From positions 24,907-88,906 of the forward strand of contig NZ_JAUSBZ010000144.1 in NCBI RefSeq assembly GCF_030651755.1: 64,000 nt of DNA. The letters are read 5' to 3'. Below, piece after piece: positions 25,993 through 34,472 of this stretch. A model generated the notes under the pieces. That model worked only from the letters and a program-made list of their open reading frames with translations, was not told the DNA's origin and made no database searches. How positions within the stretch are numbered: the stretch's first letter is position 1; the number at the start of each line of letters is the position of its first letter. Both the position numbers and the translations under genes were made by a program. This DNA comes from Phenylobacterium sp. (lineage in GTDB: Bacteria > Pseudomonadota > Alphaproteobacteria > Caulobacterales > Caulobacteraceae).

Positions 25993-26015
25993 GTTCATTA
26001 TCTGAACTTAGGTTC
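25993..26015. promoter_or_regulatory. GTTC/GAAC half-site array (candidate HxlR operator)
   Basis: GTTCA-ttatc-TGAAC-ttag-GTTC in the 91-bp divergent gap between the SDR gene (start 25982) and hxlR (start 26074). Confidence 0.3.
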
Positions 26016-26073
26016 GTATTGAATCTGGATGGAGTCAATCGCATCATGGCTCAGCGACTGGAGGCGGCGCGCG

Positions 26074-26547
26074 ATGAAATGGGATGATCTGGCCCGCGAG
26101 CCCTGTTCGGTGGCGCGGTCCCTGGCGGTGATCGGCGACCGCTGGACCCTGATGATCCTGCGCGACGTCTTTCTGGGCGTCCGACGGTTCGAGGCCTTCC
26201 AAGCCAGGCTCGGCATTTCCCGCAGCATCGTCACCGAACGGCTGAACCTGCTGGTCGCCGAAGGCGTCCTGGAGCGTCGCCCCTATCAGGACCGGCCGGT
26301 GCGCCACGAATACCGCCTGACCGACAAGGGCCTCGACCTGCATCCGGTGATCATGGCCCTCGTCGATTGGGGCGACCGCCACTATGCTGGCGCGGTCGGC
26401 CCGCCGATCCTGCGGCGCCACAAGGGCTGCGGCTGCGACTTCCACGCCGTCCAGGTCTGTTCCGAATGCGGCGAGCCCGTCACCGCCCGCGACGTGGAGG
26501 CGCGGCCAGGACCCGGCGTGGCCCCAGAGGCCAAGCCGGTCGCCTGA
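26074..26547 (+). CDS. HxlR-family transcriptional regulator
   Basis: I trimmed to the ATG at 26074 (MKWDDLAREPCSVARSLAVIGDRWTLMILRD, the HxlR wHTH signature). It has a C-terminal Cys-rich tail (CGCDFHAVQVCSECG). Confidence 0.85.
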   Translation: MKWDDLAREPCSVARSLAVIGDRWTLMILRDVFLGVRRFEAFQARLGISRSIVTERLNLLVAEGVLERRPYQDRPVRHEYRLTDKGLDLHPVIMALVDWGDRHYAGAVGPPILRRHKGCGCDFHAVQVCSECGEPVTARDVEARPGPGVAPEAKPVA

Positions 26548-26557
26548 GCATCCGCCC

Positions 26558-28441
26558 TCAGGTCCGCGTGGCGAACTCCGCATCGCCGGTGGCCGCCACC
26601 TGGGCGTCGTCGAAGGAGGCGTGGGCTGAGGTATAGAGCCGGGAATAGAGCCCCTGGTTGGCCATCAGCACGTCATGGGGTCCCTGCTCCAGGATGTGGC
26701 CCTGCTGGAGGACGATGATCTTGTCGGCGTCGCGGATGGTGGCCAGCCGGTGGGCGATGACGATGCAAGTGCGCCCTGCGAACAGCACCTTCAGCGCCTT
26801 CTGGATCGCCTGTTCGGTGAAAGAGTCGATATTGGCCGTGGCCTCATCGAGGATCAGGATCTGCGGGTCGGCGACCAGGGCGCGGGCGAAGGACAACAGC
26901 TGCCGCTGGCCGAGCGAGATGTTGCGCCCTCGCTGGCCGAGCTGGGTGTCGTAGCCCTCGGGCAGACGCATGATGAAGTCGTGGGCCGAGACCGACCTGG
27001 CCGCCGAGATCACGTCCTCCCGGGTGGCGCCCTCAGTGTTGTAGCGGATGTTCTCCTCGATGGTGCCGCTGAACAGGAAGGGCTCCTGCAGCACCATGCC
27101 GATATTGCGGCCGAGGGACTCCAGGGTCACGTCGCGCACGTCGCGGCCGCCGATCAGCACCTGGCCCTGGTCCACCTCATAGAAGCGGTGGGCGAGCGCA
27201 ATGATGCTGGTCTTGCCCGAGCCGGTGGGGCCGACCAGGGCGACCACCTGGCGGGGCTGCACCTCGAAGCTCACATTGTGCAGGACGGGGCGGGCCGGGT
27301 CATAGCCGAAGGTGACATCGCGGAACTCCACCGTCGGCTCGAAGTCGGCCAGGGGCTCGGCGCCGGGCTTGTCGACGATGGTCACCGGCACATCCAGCAC
27401 CTCGAAGATGCGGTGACCGGCCGCCATGGCCCGCTGCATGATGGTGTACTGCATGGACAGCATGCGGACCGGATCGAAGAAGCGCTGCACATAGAAGATG
27501 AAGGCGACCATGACGCCCACATCCAGGCGTCCGCCCAGGACGGCGTTACCGCCGACCACGATGACGATGCCCATGGCCAGGCCGGTCAGGACGTCGACCG
27601 TGGGGACCATCACCTGGGTCATGGCCGCCGAGCCGTTCTGGGCGGTCATGTTCTCCCGGGCCTTCTCCTCATAGAGCTTGAAGTTCATCGCCTCGCGGCG
27701 GCTCTCCTGGACCGTGCGGACGCCTTGGATGTTCTCGGCCAGCGCGCTGTTGGCGGTGGAGGAGGCGTCCCGGGCTTCCCGGAACGTCTTCTTGGAGAAG
27801 GGCAGCCAGATGGCCCGGACCACGATCAGGGCCGGGATCACGGTCAGGGTCAGCAGGCCCAGCTGCAGGTCCATGCTGAGCAGGGCGACGGTGATGCCAA
27901 TCAAGAGCGCGATGTCGCCGACAGCGCCTGTGGTGCTCTCCAGGAACTCCTGCAGGGCGTTCACGTCGCCCTGAAGCCTGGCCATGATCCGGCCCACATG
28001 GGTCTTGTCCATGAAGGACAGGGACACGTCCTGGAAGTGGCTGAACATGGAGCGGCGGACATCGAAAATGACCCGCTGGGCCAGCCGCGAGCTCATCCAC
28101 TGCTCGAGGAAGAAGGCGGCCGCGTTGAGGATCACCACGCCCACGAAGATGGCGATGATGGTGTCGAGGCGGGCGTCATCGCCGCCGCCGACCGCTGCGT
28201 TCACCGCCTGGCCGATCATGTAGGGGATGGCGATGGCCGTGGCCGCCGAGATCAGCACGGCGATCTGGGCGCCGATGACGAAGGCCTTGTGCGGCTTCAG
28301 ATAGTGGACGAAGCGGCCGAGGATCTTCGGATTGATCGAAGCGAAGATCTCCTCGGCGTCGTCGCTGCCGAGCGTCGCCCGGGCCTTGCGCGGCGTCTGA
28401 GAGGCGACGTCGGTTCCGCGGTCGAAGACAAAGTCGCTCAT
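26558..28441 (-). CDS. ABC transporter, fused permease/ATPase (exporter half-transporter)
   Basis: 627 aa with an N-terminal 6-TM domain, Walker A GPTGSGKTS, signature LSLGQRQ and Walker B ILILDEAT. Confidence 0.9.
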   Translation of the reverse strand: MSDFVFDRGTDVASQTPRKARATLGSDDAEEIFASINPKILGRFVHYLKPHKAFVIGAQIAVLISAATAIAIPYMIGQAVNAAVGGGDDARLDTIIAIFVGVVILNAAAFFLEQWMSSRLAQRVIFDVRRSMFSHFQDVSLSFMDKTHVGRIMARLQGDVNALQEFLESTTGAVGDIALLIGITVALLSMDLQLGLLTLTVIPALIVVRAIWLPFSKKTFREARDASSTANSALAENIQGVRTVQESRREAMNFKLYEEKARENMTAQNGSAAMTQVMVPTVDVLTGLAMGIVIVVGGNAVLGGRLDVGVMVAFIFYVQRFFDPVRMLSMQYTIMQRAMAAGHRIFEVLDVPVTIVDKPGAEPLADFEPTVEFRDVTFGYDPARPVLHNVSFEVQPRQVVALVGPTGSGKTSIIALAHRFYEVDQGQVLIGGRDVRDVTLESLGRNIGMVLQEPFLFSGTIEENIRYNTEGATREDVISAARSVSAHDFIMRLPEGYDTQLGQRGRNISLGQRQLLSFARALVADPQILILDEATANIDSFTEQAIQKALKVLFAGRTCIVIAHRLATIRDADKIIVLQQGHILEQGPHDVLMANQGLYSRLYTSAHASFDDAQVAATGDAEFATRT

Positions 28442-30327
28442 GCCCGCACCCCTTCGGTCTGATTGGCGGCGAGCGCGTCAGGGGGCGGATCCTCCGTCAG
28501 GGCGCCGCCATCGGCCCGGGTCTGCAGGGCGTAGAGGTCGGCATAGACGCCGCCGGCGGCCACCAGGCTCTGGTGGTCGCCCCGCTCCACGACCCGGCCC
28601 TCGTCCAGCACGATGATCTGATCGGCGTGCATGAGGGAGGACAGGCGGTGGGCGATGATCACGGTCGCCTTGGCCTTGGTGGCGCTGGCCAGGGCGTCGC
28701 GGACCTTGCGCTCGGTCACCGCGTCGATGGCCGCGGTGGAGTCGTCGAAGATCATCACGCCCGGACCCGGCACCACGCCGCGGGCGATGGACATCCGCTG
28801 GCGCTGGCCGCCGGACAGGGCCACGCCCCGCTCGCCGACCCGGGTCGTGTAGCCGACGGGCAGGCCGGCGATATAGTCGTGCAGCTGGGCGGTGCGGGCG
28901 GCGCCGACGATGCGGTCCTCCTCGGCCCAGGGATCGGCATAGGCGACATTGTTGGTCACCGTGGTGTCGAACAGGAAGGCCTCCTGCTGCACCAGGCCGA
29001 CATATTCCCGCAGGGAGGCCAGGCTGACCTCGCGGATGTCCTGGCCATCAATGGTGATCCTACCGCCGGTGACGTCGTAGAAGCGGGGGATCAGGTTGGC
29101 GATGGTCGACTTGCCACTGCCCGGCGCGCCGACGACGCCCAGGGTCTGGCCGGGCCGGACCTCGAAGCTGACATCGCTGAGCACCGGGCGGCCCTCGTCA
29201 TAGGAAAAGTCCACATGCTCGAAGCGCAGGATCCCCTGGGTCGGGGCCAGCGGCTGGGCGCCGGGCGCATCGGCGATCTCGGGCTCCAGGTCGAGCACCT
29301 CAAACACCCGGCCGCCGGACGAGGTGGCCCGAGCAGCCGAGGCGAAGATCATGGCGATCTGCCGGATCGGGGCCTGCAACAGGGTCATGTAGGTGAGGAA
29401 TTCGGTGAGCCGGCCCACCGACATGGCGCCGGCGATCACCTGATGGCCGCCATACCAGAGCAGCAGGGCCATGGAGCCGTAATAGCTGAGCGTCATGGCG
29501 GTGATGGCGCGGAAGCGCAGGGTGATGCGCTTGAACGAATACTGCAGGGCGTTGTCGGCGGCGACGTCGAATTTGGCCATCTCGAAGGCCTTGGCCGAGA
29601 AGGCGCGCACCACCCGGATGCCCTGGAGGTTCTCCTCCATGGTCAGCGTCAGGACCGACATCAGCTGCTGGACCCGCAGCCAGGTCACCCGCAGCAGAAA
29701 GCCCATCCGCGCCAGGAACCAGCCGGCGATCGGCACGAAGGCCAGCGCCAGGAAGGCCATGGTCACGTCGGTGGAGAACATCATGAAGGCCGAGACCGAC
29801 AGCAGCATGACGAGCGTCAGGGTCTGCATCATCCCGCCCTGGATGAAGGCTCGCGTGCCCTCCAGGTCTAGCATGCCCCGGGTCACCAGGTCGCCGGAAT
29901 GGATCTTGTCGTGAAAGCCGAAGGAGAGGCGCTGGAGCTGCTGGAAAAAGGCGAGCCTCAGGTCATAGGCCACCTTCTGGCTGACCTTTTCAGCCACATA
30001 GCCCCCATAGCCGGTGAGCAGGCCCCGCAGGCTGGCGGCGCCCAGGACGAGCAGGGCGGTGGTGACCAGGGCGCTCTGCACATCGTCGACGCTGGCGTTC
30101 TCGCTGGCCAGCAGCAGGTGGGCCTGATCCACCGCCTGGCCAAACAGCCGGGGCAGGGTGAGGCTGAACAGGGCTGCGCCGATGGAGCAGCCGACGGCCA
30201 GGGCGACCAGGCCCGGATAGCGCAGGGCCAATCCCATGATTCTGCGCAGGACCCGGGGCATGGCCGAGACGTCAATCGACACAGAATCCGCCGCCGCTTC
30301 CCTGGGGGAGGGGCGTGAATCACTCAT
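28438..30327 (-). CDS. ABC transporter, fused permease/ATPase (partner half-transporter)
   Basis: 629 aa with Walker A GAPGSGKST, signature LSGGQRQ and Walker B VMIFDDST. Its stop overlaps the start of the downstream half-transporter, so a heterodimer is likely. Confidence 0.9.
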   Translation of the reverse strand: MSDSRPSPREAAADSVSIDVSAMPRVLRRIMGLALRYPGLVALAVGCSIGAALFSLTLPRLFGQAVDQAHLLLASENASVDDVQSALVTTALLVLGAASLRGLLTGYGGYVAEKVSQKVAYDLRLAFFQQLQRLSFGFHDKIHSGDLVTRGMLDLEGTRAFIQGGMMQTLTLVMLLSVSAFMMFSTDVTMAFLALAFVPIAGWFLARMGFLLRVTWLRVQQLMSVLTLTMEENLQGIRVVRAFSAKAFEMAKFDVAADNALQYSFKRITLRFRAITAMTLSYYGSMALLLWYGGHQVIAGAMSVGRLTEFLTYMTLLQAPIRQIAMIFASAARATSSGGRVFEVLDLEPEIADAPGAQPLAPTQGILRFEHVDFSYDEGRPVLSDVSFEVRPGQTLGVVGAPGSGKSTIANLIPRFYDVTGGRITIDGQDIREVSLASLREYVGLVQQEAFLFDTTVTNNVAYADPWAEEDRIVGAARTAQLHDYIAGLPVGYTTRVGERGVALSGGQRQRMSIARGVVPGPGVMIFDDSTAAIDAVTERKVRDALASATKAKATVIIAHRLSSLMHADQIIVLDEGRVVERGDHQSLVAAGGVYADLYALQTRADGGALTEDPPPDALAANQTEGVRA

Positions 30328-30469
30328 CTGAAAATGTCCAATCTTGGTATGACGCCATCATGCGGCGCCACCAGGGGTCGCGCCACCGTCTTTTGACGCC
30401 GCCGCCAAATAGTCAGCCTACGTGACATCCGTCCCCGCCCGGGGCGCCGGATTGACCCGACAAGTTGCG

Positions 30470-31264
30470 TCAGGCGCCCTGAGGTTGCGCCTGTGGCGCC
30501 ACGGTCACTGGATGTTCCGGCGCCTGGGGGCGCGGCCGCAACCGTTCGCCCTTCAGCCAGATCTTCAGAGCTTCCCAGTGGATGGCGCCCATGACCCCAA
30601 GGGTCATCCAGGGATGGGTGAGCCAGGCGCGCAGCAGGGCCTGGTCGCTGAGCGGGCGGCGGTCGCCCGCGAAGCTGGCCGAAAGCAGCGGGCCTGCCCC
30701 GTCGGACACCGTGATGTTCACCGCCACCTTCGCCCCCGGCGGCCGGATCGTGAAGGCGTAGCTGAGGGCCATGTCCATGAAGGGAGAGACATAGAAGACC
30801 TTGTCCGTCGCCTGGCGAACCATCGCACCGGCCGCATCGAGCGGCGCCGGGATCAGATAGCTGTGGCGGTCGCCAAAGGTGTTGTTCACCTCATAGAGGA
30901 TGGCGCTGAGGCTTCCGTCCCCGCGGTGGCAGAAATAGACGCTGATCGGGTTGAACACCGCGCCCAGAATCCGCGGCATACAGAGCAGGCGCACAGGTCC
31001 GCTGCTCTCCAGGCCTGCCGCCGCCAGGTGGGCCTCCACCTGCGCCTTCAGGGGGCGGTCGGAGCCATCTCCATGGTCAGCGCCGTGAAAACTCAGCAGG
31101 CCCGGGGCGTCAAACCCCAAGAGGCGCAAGTCCCGGGCCAGGTCAGGCCCCTCGTCGAGGTCCACGAGCAGCATGAAGATGCGATAGCTCAAGGCATGCG
31201 CCCGGGGCCGTGTCCGTCCATGGACGACGCGGCCGAGATAGAGGCCTGAGGCCGGCTGGCTCAC
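30470..31264 (-). CDS. DUF1365 family protein
   Basis: 264 aa. The N-terminus LYLGRVVHGRTRPRAHALSYRIFMLLVDLDE is typical of DUF1365. Its start overlaps the stop of the FAD oxidoreductase gene. Confidence 0.75.
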   Translation of the reverse strand: MSQPASGLYLGRVVHGRTRPRAHALSYRIFMLLVDLDEGPDLARDLRLLGFDAPGLLSFHGADHGDGSDRPLKAQVEAHLAAAGLESSGPVRLLCMPRILGAVFNPISVYFCHRGDGSLSAILYEVNNTFGDRHSYLIPAPLDAAGAMVRQATDKVFYVSPFMDMALSYAFTIRPPGAKVAVNITVSDGAGPLLSASFAGDRRPLSDQALLRAWLTHPWMTLGVMGAIHWEALKIWLKGERLRPRPQAPEHPVTVAPQAQPQGA

Positions 31265-32610
31265 GCGGCCGCCTCGGCTGGGACCTGCGCCGGTGGGTCG
31301 CCCAGCCGGATGCGGCTGGATTCGCCCGCCACCGACCAGGGACGCCGGACGCCGCCCAGCTGTTCGGCCACCGCCAGGCCCGACTGCAGCCCATCCTCAT
31401 GGAAGCCGTGGCCGAAATAGGAGCCGCAGAACCAGGTCCGGTTGGCGCCTTGCAGGGACCAAAGCTCATCCTGGGCGGCCAGGGCGCCGGCGTCGAACAG
31501 GGGGTGCTCGTAGACCTCCGTGCGGATCACCGCCTCCGGGGCGATCTCACGGGTGGGGTTGAGGGTGACGAAAAGCTCCGGCTTGGCCGGCAGGCTCTGC
31601 AGCTTGTTCATCCAGTAGGTGACGCAGCCCTCCTCGGCCGAACCGCGGCGGCCGATATGGTTCCAGCTGGTCCAGGCCGCCCGACGCCGGGGCATCAGGG
31701 CCTGATCCGTGTGCAGCACCGTCAGGTTGCGGCTGTAGCGGAAGGCTGAGAGCAGTCGGGTCTCTTCGACGCCGGGGTCTTCCAGCAGGGCGAGCGCCTG
31801 ATCCCCGTGGGTGGCGATCACCACCTCGTCGAACCGCTCCACCTGGCCGCCCGCCAGACGGATATCGACCCCACCAGCATCCCGTCGCACGCCCACCACC
31901 CGAACCCCGGCGCGGATCTCGCCCTGGAAGGCCGCGCTAAGCCGTTCCACATAGGTGCGACTGCCCCCCTTCACCGTGCGCCAGAGACCGCGGCCGAAGA
32001 CGCTCATCATGCCGTGGTTCTGGAAGAAGCGGATGAGGGCGGCGGCCGGATAGGCGCCGATGGCGCCCAGCGGGGTCGACCAGATGGCCGCCGCCTGGGG
32101 CAGCAGATGATCATCCCGGAAAGCCTGGCAGTAGCCCTTCTGCTTCAGGTAGTCGTCGAGACTGGTGAGGGGCGCCTCAAGGGCCGCGAGGTCCCGGGGG
32201 CCGTGGCGATAGAACCGGGTCACGTCCCGCAGCATCCCCCAGTATCGGGCGCTGAAGAAGTTGCGCTTCTGGGCGAACAGCGAGCCGGAGGAATATTCAA
32301 ACGCCCCATCATCCAGAGAGACGCTGAGCGCCATGTCGGCTTCCACGGTGGCCACGTCCAGATGCCGCAGGAGGGCGGTGAAGTTCGGATAGTTGTCTTC
32401 GTTATAGACGATGAAGCCGGTGTCCACCGGCACGGTCCCCTCGGAGGCGCCCGGGGCCTCGACGGTGTTGGCGTGGCCGCCCAGGCGGTTGTCGCCCTCG
32501 AACAGGGTCACCTTGTGGCGGGAGCCGAGAAGCCAGGCTGCGGAGAGACCTGAGACGCCGGCGCCGATGACGGCGATCCGCAACGGCCTGGAACTGTTCT
32601 CTGCGCCCAC
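31261..32610 (-). CDS. FAD-dependent oxidoreductase (amine-oxidase / desaturase-like)
   Basis: 449 aa. GTG at 32610 has AAGGAG 5 nt upstream. Dinucleotide-binding motif IAVIGAGVSGLSAA. Confidence 0.85.
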   Translation of the reverse strand: MGAENSSRPLRIAVIGAGVSGLSAAWLLGSRHKVTLFEGDNRLGGHANTVEAPGASEGTVPVDTGFIVYNEDNYPNFTALLRHLDVATVEADMALSVSLDDGAFEYSSGSLFAQKRNFFSARYWGMLRDVTRFYRHGPRDLAALEAPLTSLDDYLKQKGYCQAFRDDHLLPQAAAIWSTPLGAIGAYPAAALIRFFQNHGMMSVFGRGLWRTVKGGSRTYVERLSAAFQGEIRAGVRVVGVRRDAGGVDIRLAGGQVERFDEVVIATHGDQALALLEDPGVEETRLLSAFRYSRNLTVLHTDQALMPRRRAAWTSWNHIGRRGSAEEGCVTYWMNKLQSLPAKPELFVTLNPTREIAPEAVIRTEVYEHPLFDAGALAAQDELWSLQGANRTWFCGSYFGHGFHEDGLQSGLAVAEQLGGVRRPWSVAGESSRIRLGDPPAQVPAEAAA

Positions 32611-32648
32611 GGGAGCTCCTTAGTTTTTCTGATCGACCAGCGGAGCGC

Positions 32649-32676
32649 TGATCCGGCTCCGACCTCAAGCTGTACG
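32649..32676 (+). promoter_or_regulatory. candidate ECF (sigmaE/ChrR-type) promoter
   Basis: TGATCC (32649-32654), then 16 nt, then TGTACG (32671-32676), about 120 nt upstream of the CFA-synthase-like ATG. TGATCC is, as I recall, the -35 element of RpoE-ChrR-type promoters. The -10 match is weak. Confidence 0.3.
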
Positions 32677-32798
32677 GGGCGAGTCATGGGGCGGATGCAG
32701 CCTCAGGCCGACGCATCCGAACGACGAGCGCGTGCGTAGTCTGACAGGAATCGACAGGCTGGGCGTGCGTCCCGGCGACTGGAAAGGATCCTGCCGTC

Positions 32799-33827
32799 AT
32801 GAGCTTCGTGGGTTCGGCCATTCAGGCCTTCGAGGGCGCGCCGGCGCCAGACCTGATGCGCCGGGCGGCCATCGAACTGCTGGTGTCCAACGCCCGGCGG
32901 CAACTGGGCAAGGCCGGCCCCCAGGCCGAGGCCGCCTTCGCCCGGGAGATGGCCGCACGGCCCATCGCCGAACACACCACCGCGGCCAATGAGCAGCACT
33001 ATGAGCTGCCGGCGGCCTTCTTTCAGAAGGTGCTGGGCCCGCAGCTGAAATATTCCAGCAGCCTCTATGATCCCGGCGTCGAGGATCTGGGCGCGGCCGA
33101 GGAGAACGCGCTTTCCGAAACCGCCGAGCACGCCGGACTTGCTGACGGGCAGGAGATCCTGGAGCTGGGCTGTGGCTGGGGATCTCTGACGCTGTGGATG
33201 GCCCGCGCCCTGCCGGGCGCGAAGATCACCGCGGTCTCCAATTCCGCAAGCCAGGGGGCCTATATCCGCGAACAGGCCCGGGCCGCCGGCCTGACCAATG
33301 TGACAGTGCTCACCGCCGACATGAACACCTTCGAAGCACCGGGGCGTTTCGACCGGGTGGTATCGGTGGAGATGTTCGAGCACATGGCCAACTGGCGCGC
33401 CCTGCTTGGCCAGGTGCGCGGCTGGCTGAAGCCCGATGGCCGGGCCTTCATCCATGTCTTCACCCACCGCACCACCCCTTACCGGTTCGACGTCGAGGAC
33501 GAATCCGACTGGATCGGCCAGCACTTCTTTTCCGGAGGCGTCATGCCGAGCCATGGCCTGATGGCCCAGTTCCCCGACCTGTTCGAGGTGGAAGCCGACT
33601 GGCGATGGTCGGGGCGCCACTACGAGCGCACCGCGCTCGACTGGCTGGCCAATTTCGACCGCAACGACGCGGCCATCCGCGACGTTCTGCGGGAGGTCTA
33701 TGGTGAGGCTGCGCCCCTTTGGCGACGGCGTTGGCGACTGTTCTTCCTGGCGACGGCGGGCCTGTTCGGCCACCACGGCGGAGAGGAGTGGGGTGTCAGC
33801 CACTATCGTCTCAAGCCGGTCCCCTGA
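32799..33827 (+). CDS. cyclopropane-fatty-acyl-phospholipid-synthase-like SAM methyltransferase
   Basis: 342 aa. NEQHYELPAAFFQKVLGPQLKYSSSLY (CFA synthase N-motif), SAM motif ILELGCGWG, and VSVEMFEHM. Confidence 0.88.
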   Translation: MSFVGSAIQAFEGAPAPDLMRRAAIELLVSNARRQLGKAGPQAEAAFAREMAARPIAEHTTAANEQHYELPAAFFQKVLGPQLKYSSSLYDPGVEDLGAAEENALSETAEHAGLADGQEILELGCGWGSLTLWMARALPGAKITAVSNSASQGAYIREQARAAGLTNVTVLTADMNTFEAPGRFDRVVSVEMFEHMANWRALLGQVRGWLKPDGRAFIHVFTHRTTPYRFDVEDESDWIGQHFFSGGVMPSHGLMAQFPDLFEVEADWRWSGRHYERTALDWLANFDRNDAAIRDVLREVYGEAAPLWRRRWRLFFLATAGLFGHHGGEEWGVSHYRLKPVP

Positions 33828-33841
33828 AGGAATAGAATCCC

Positions 33842-34252
33842 ATGCTGAAATACCTCATCGGCTATCTGGGCGCGGGCCTGGCCTTCGCCATTATCGACGC
33901 GGTCTGGCTGACCACGGTCGGACCCAAGCTCTATCGGCCGACCCTGGACGAGGTGCTGGCCGACCAGTTCGCCCTTGGTCCGGCCATCGCCTTCTACCTG
34001 ATCTACATCGCCGGCATCATGATCCTGGCGGTCAGTCCTGCGGTTCGCGACGGCGGATGGACCCAGGCGCTGACCACCGGCGCCATCCTGGGCTTCCTCT
34101 GCTACGCCACCTATGACCTGACCAACCAGGCCACCCTGAAGGTCTGGGCGACCCACATCACCCTGGCCGACATCGCCTGGGGCACATTCCTGACCGGCGC
34201 TTCGGCCACCGCCGGCTATTTCGTCACCCGCTGGGCCGAGCGGGCCTTCTAA
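33842..34252 (+). CDS. DUF2177 membrane protein
   Basis: 136 aa with 4 predicted TM segments. It resembles DUF2177 (IIDAVWLTTVGPKLYRP...YATYDLTN). It starts 14 nt after the CFA-synthase-like gene. Confidence 0.7.
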   Translation: MLKYLIGYLGAGLAFAIIDAVWLTTVGPKLYRPTLDEVLADQFALGPAIAFYLIYIAGIMILAVSPAVRDGGWTQALTTGAILGFLCYATYDLTNQATLKVWATHITLADIAWGTFLTGASATAGYFVTRWAERAF

Positions 34253-34472
34253 GGGCTCGCCCCCCCTTCCGGCGCCGCCCCATCCGGCCTTTGTTCGGAT
34301 TGGGCGGCCGTTGTCGTTGCGGAATTCCGCTGTCATTGTGCGGCCCAAGGGCGGCCCGGGCGGCGGTCAGGCATATTGCGTCTGATCCCCCCGGAGCCAC
34401 GCCGTCCCCCAACGATAATCAGACGCGCCCTGCGCCCGGGACTCCCGGTCAGCAGGCGCCGGGAGGAATTTG

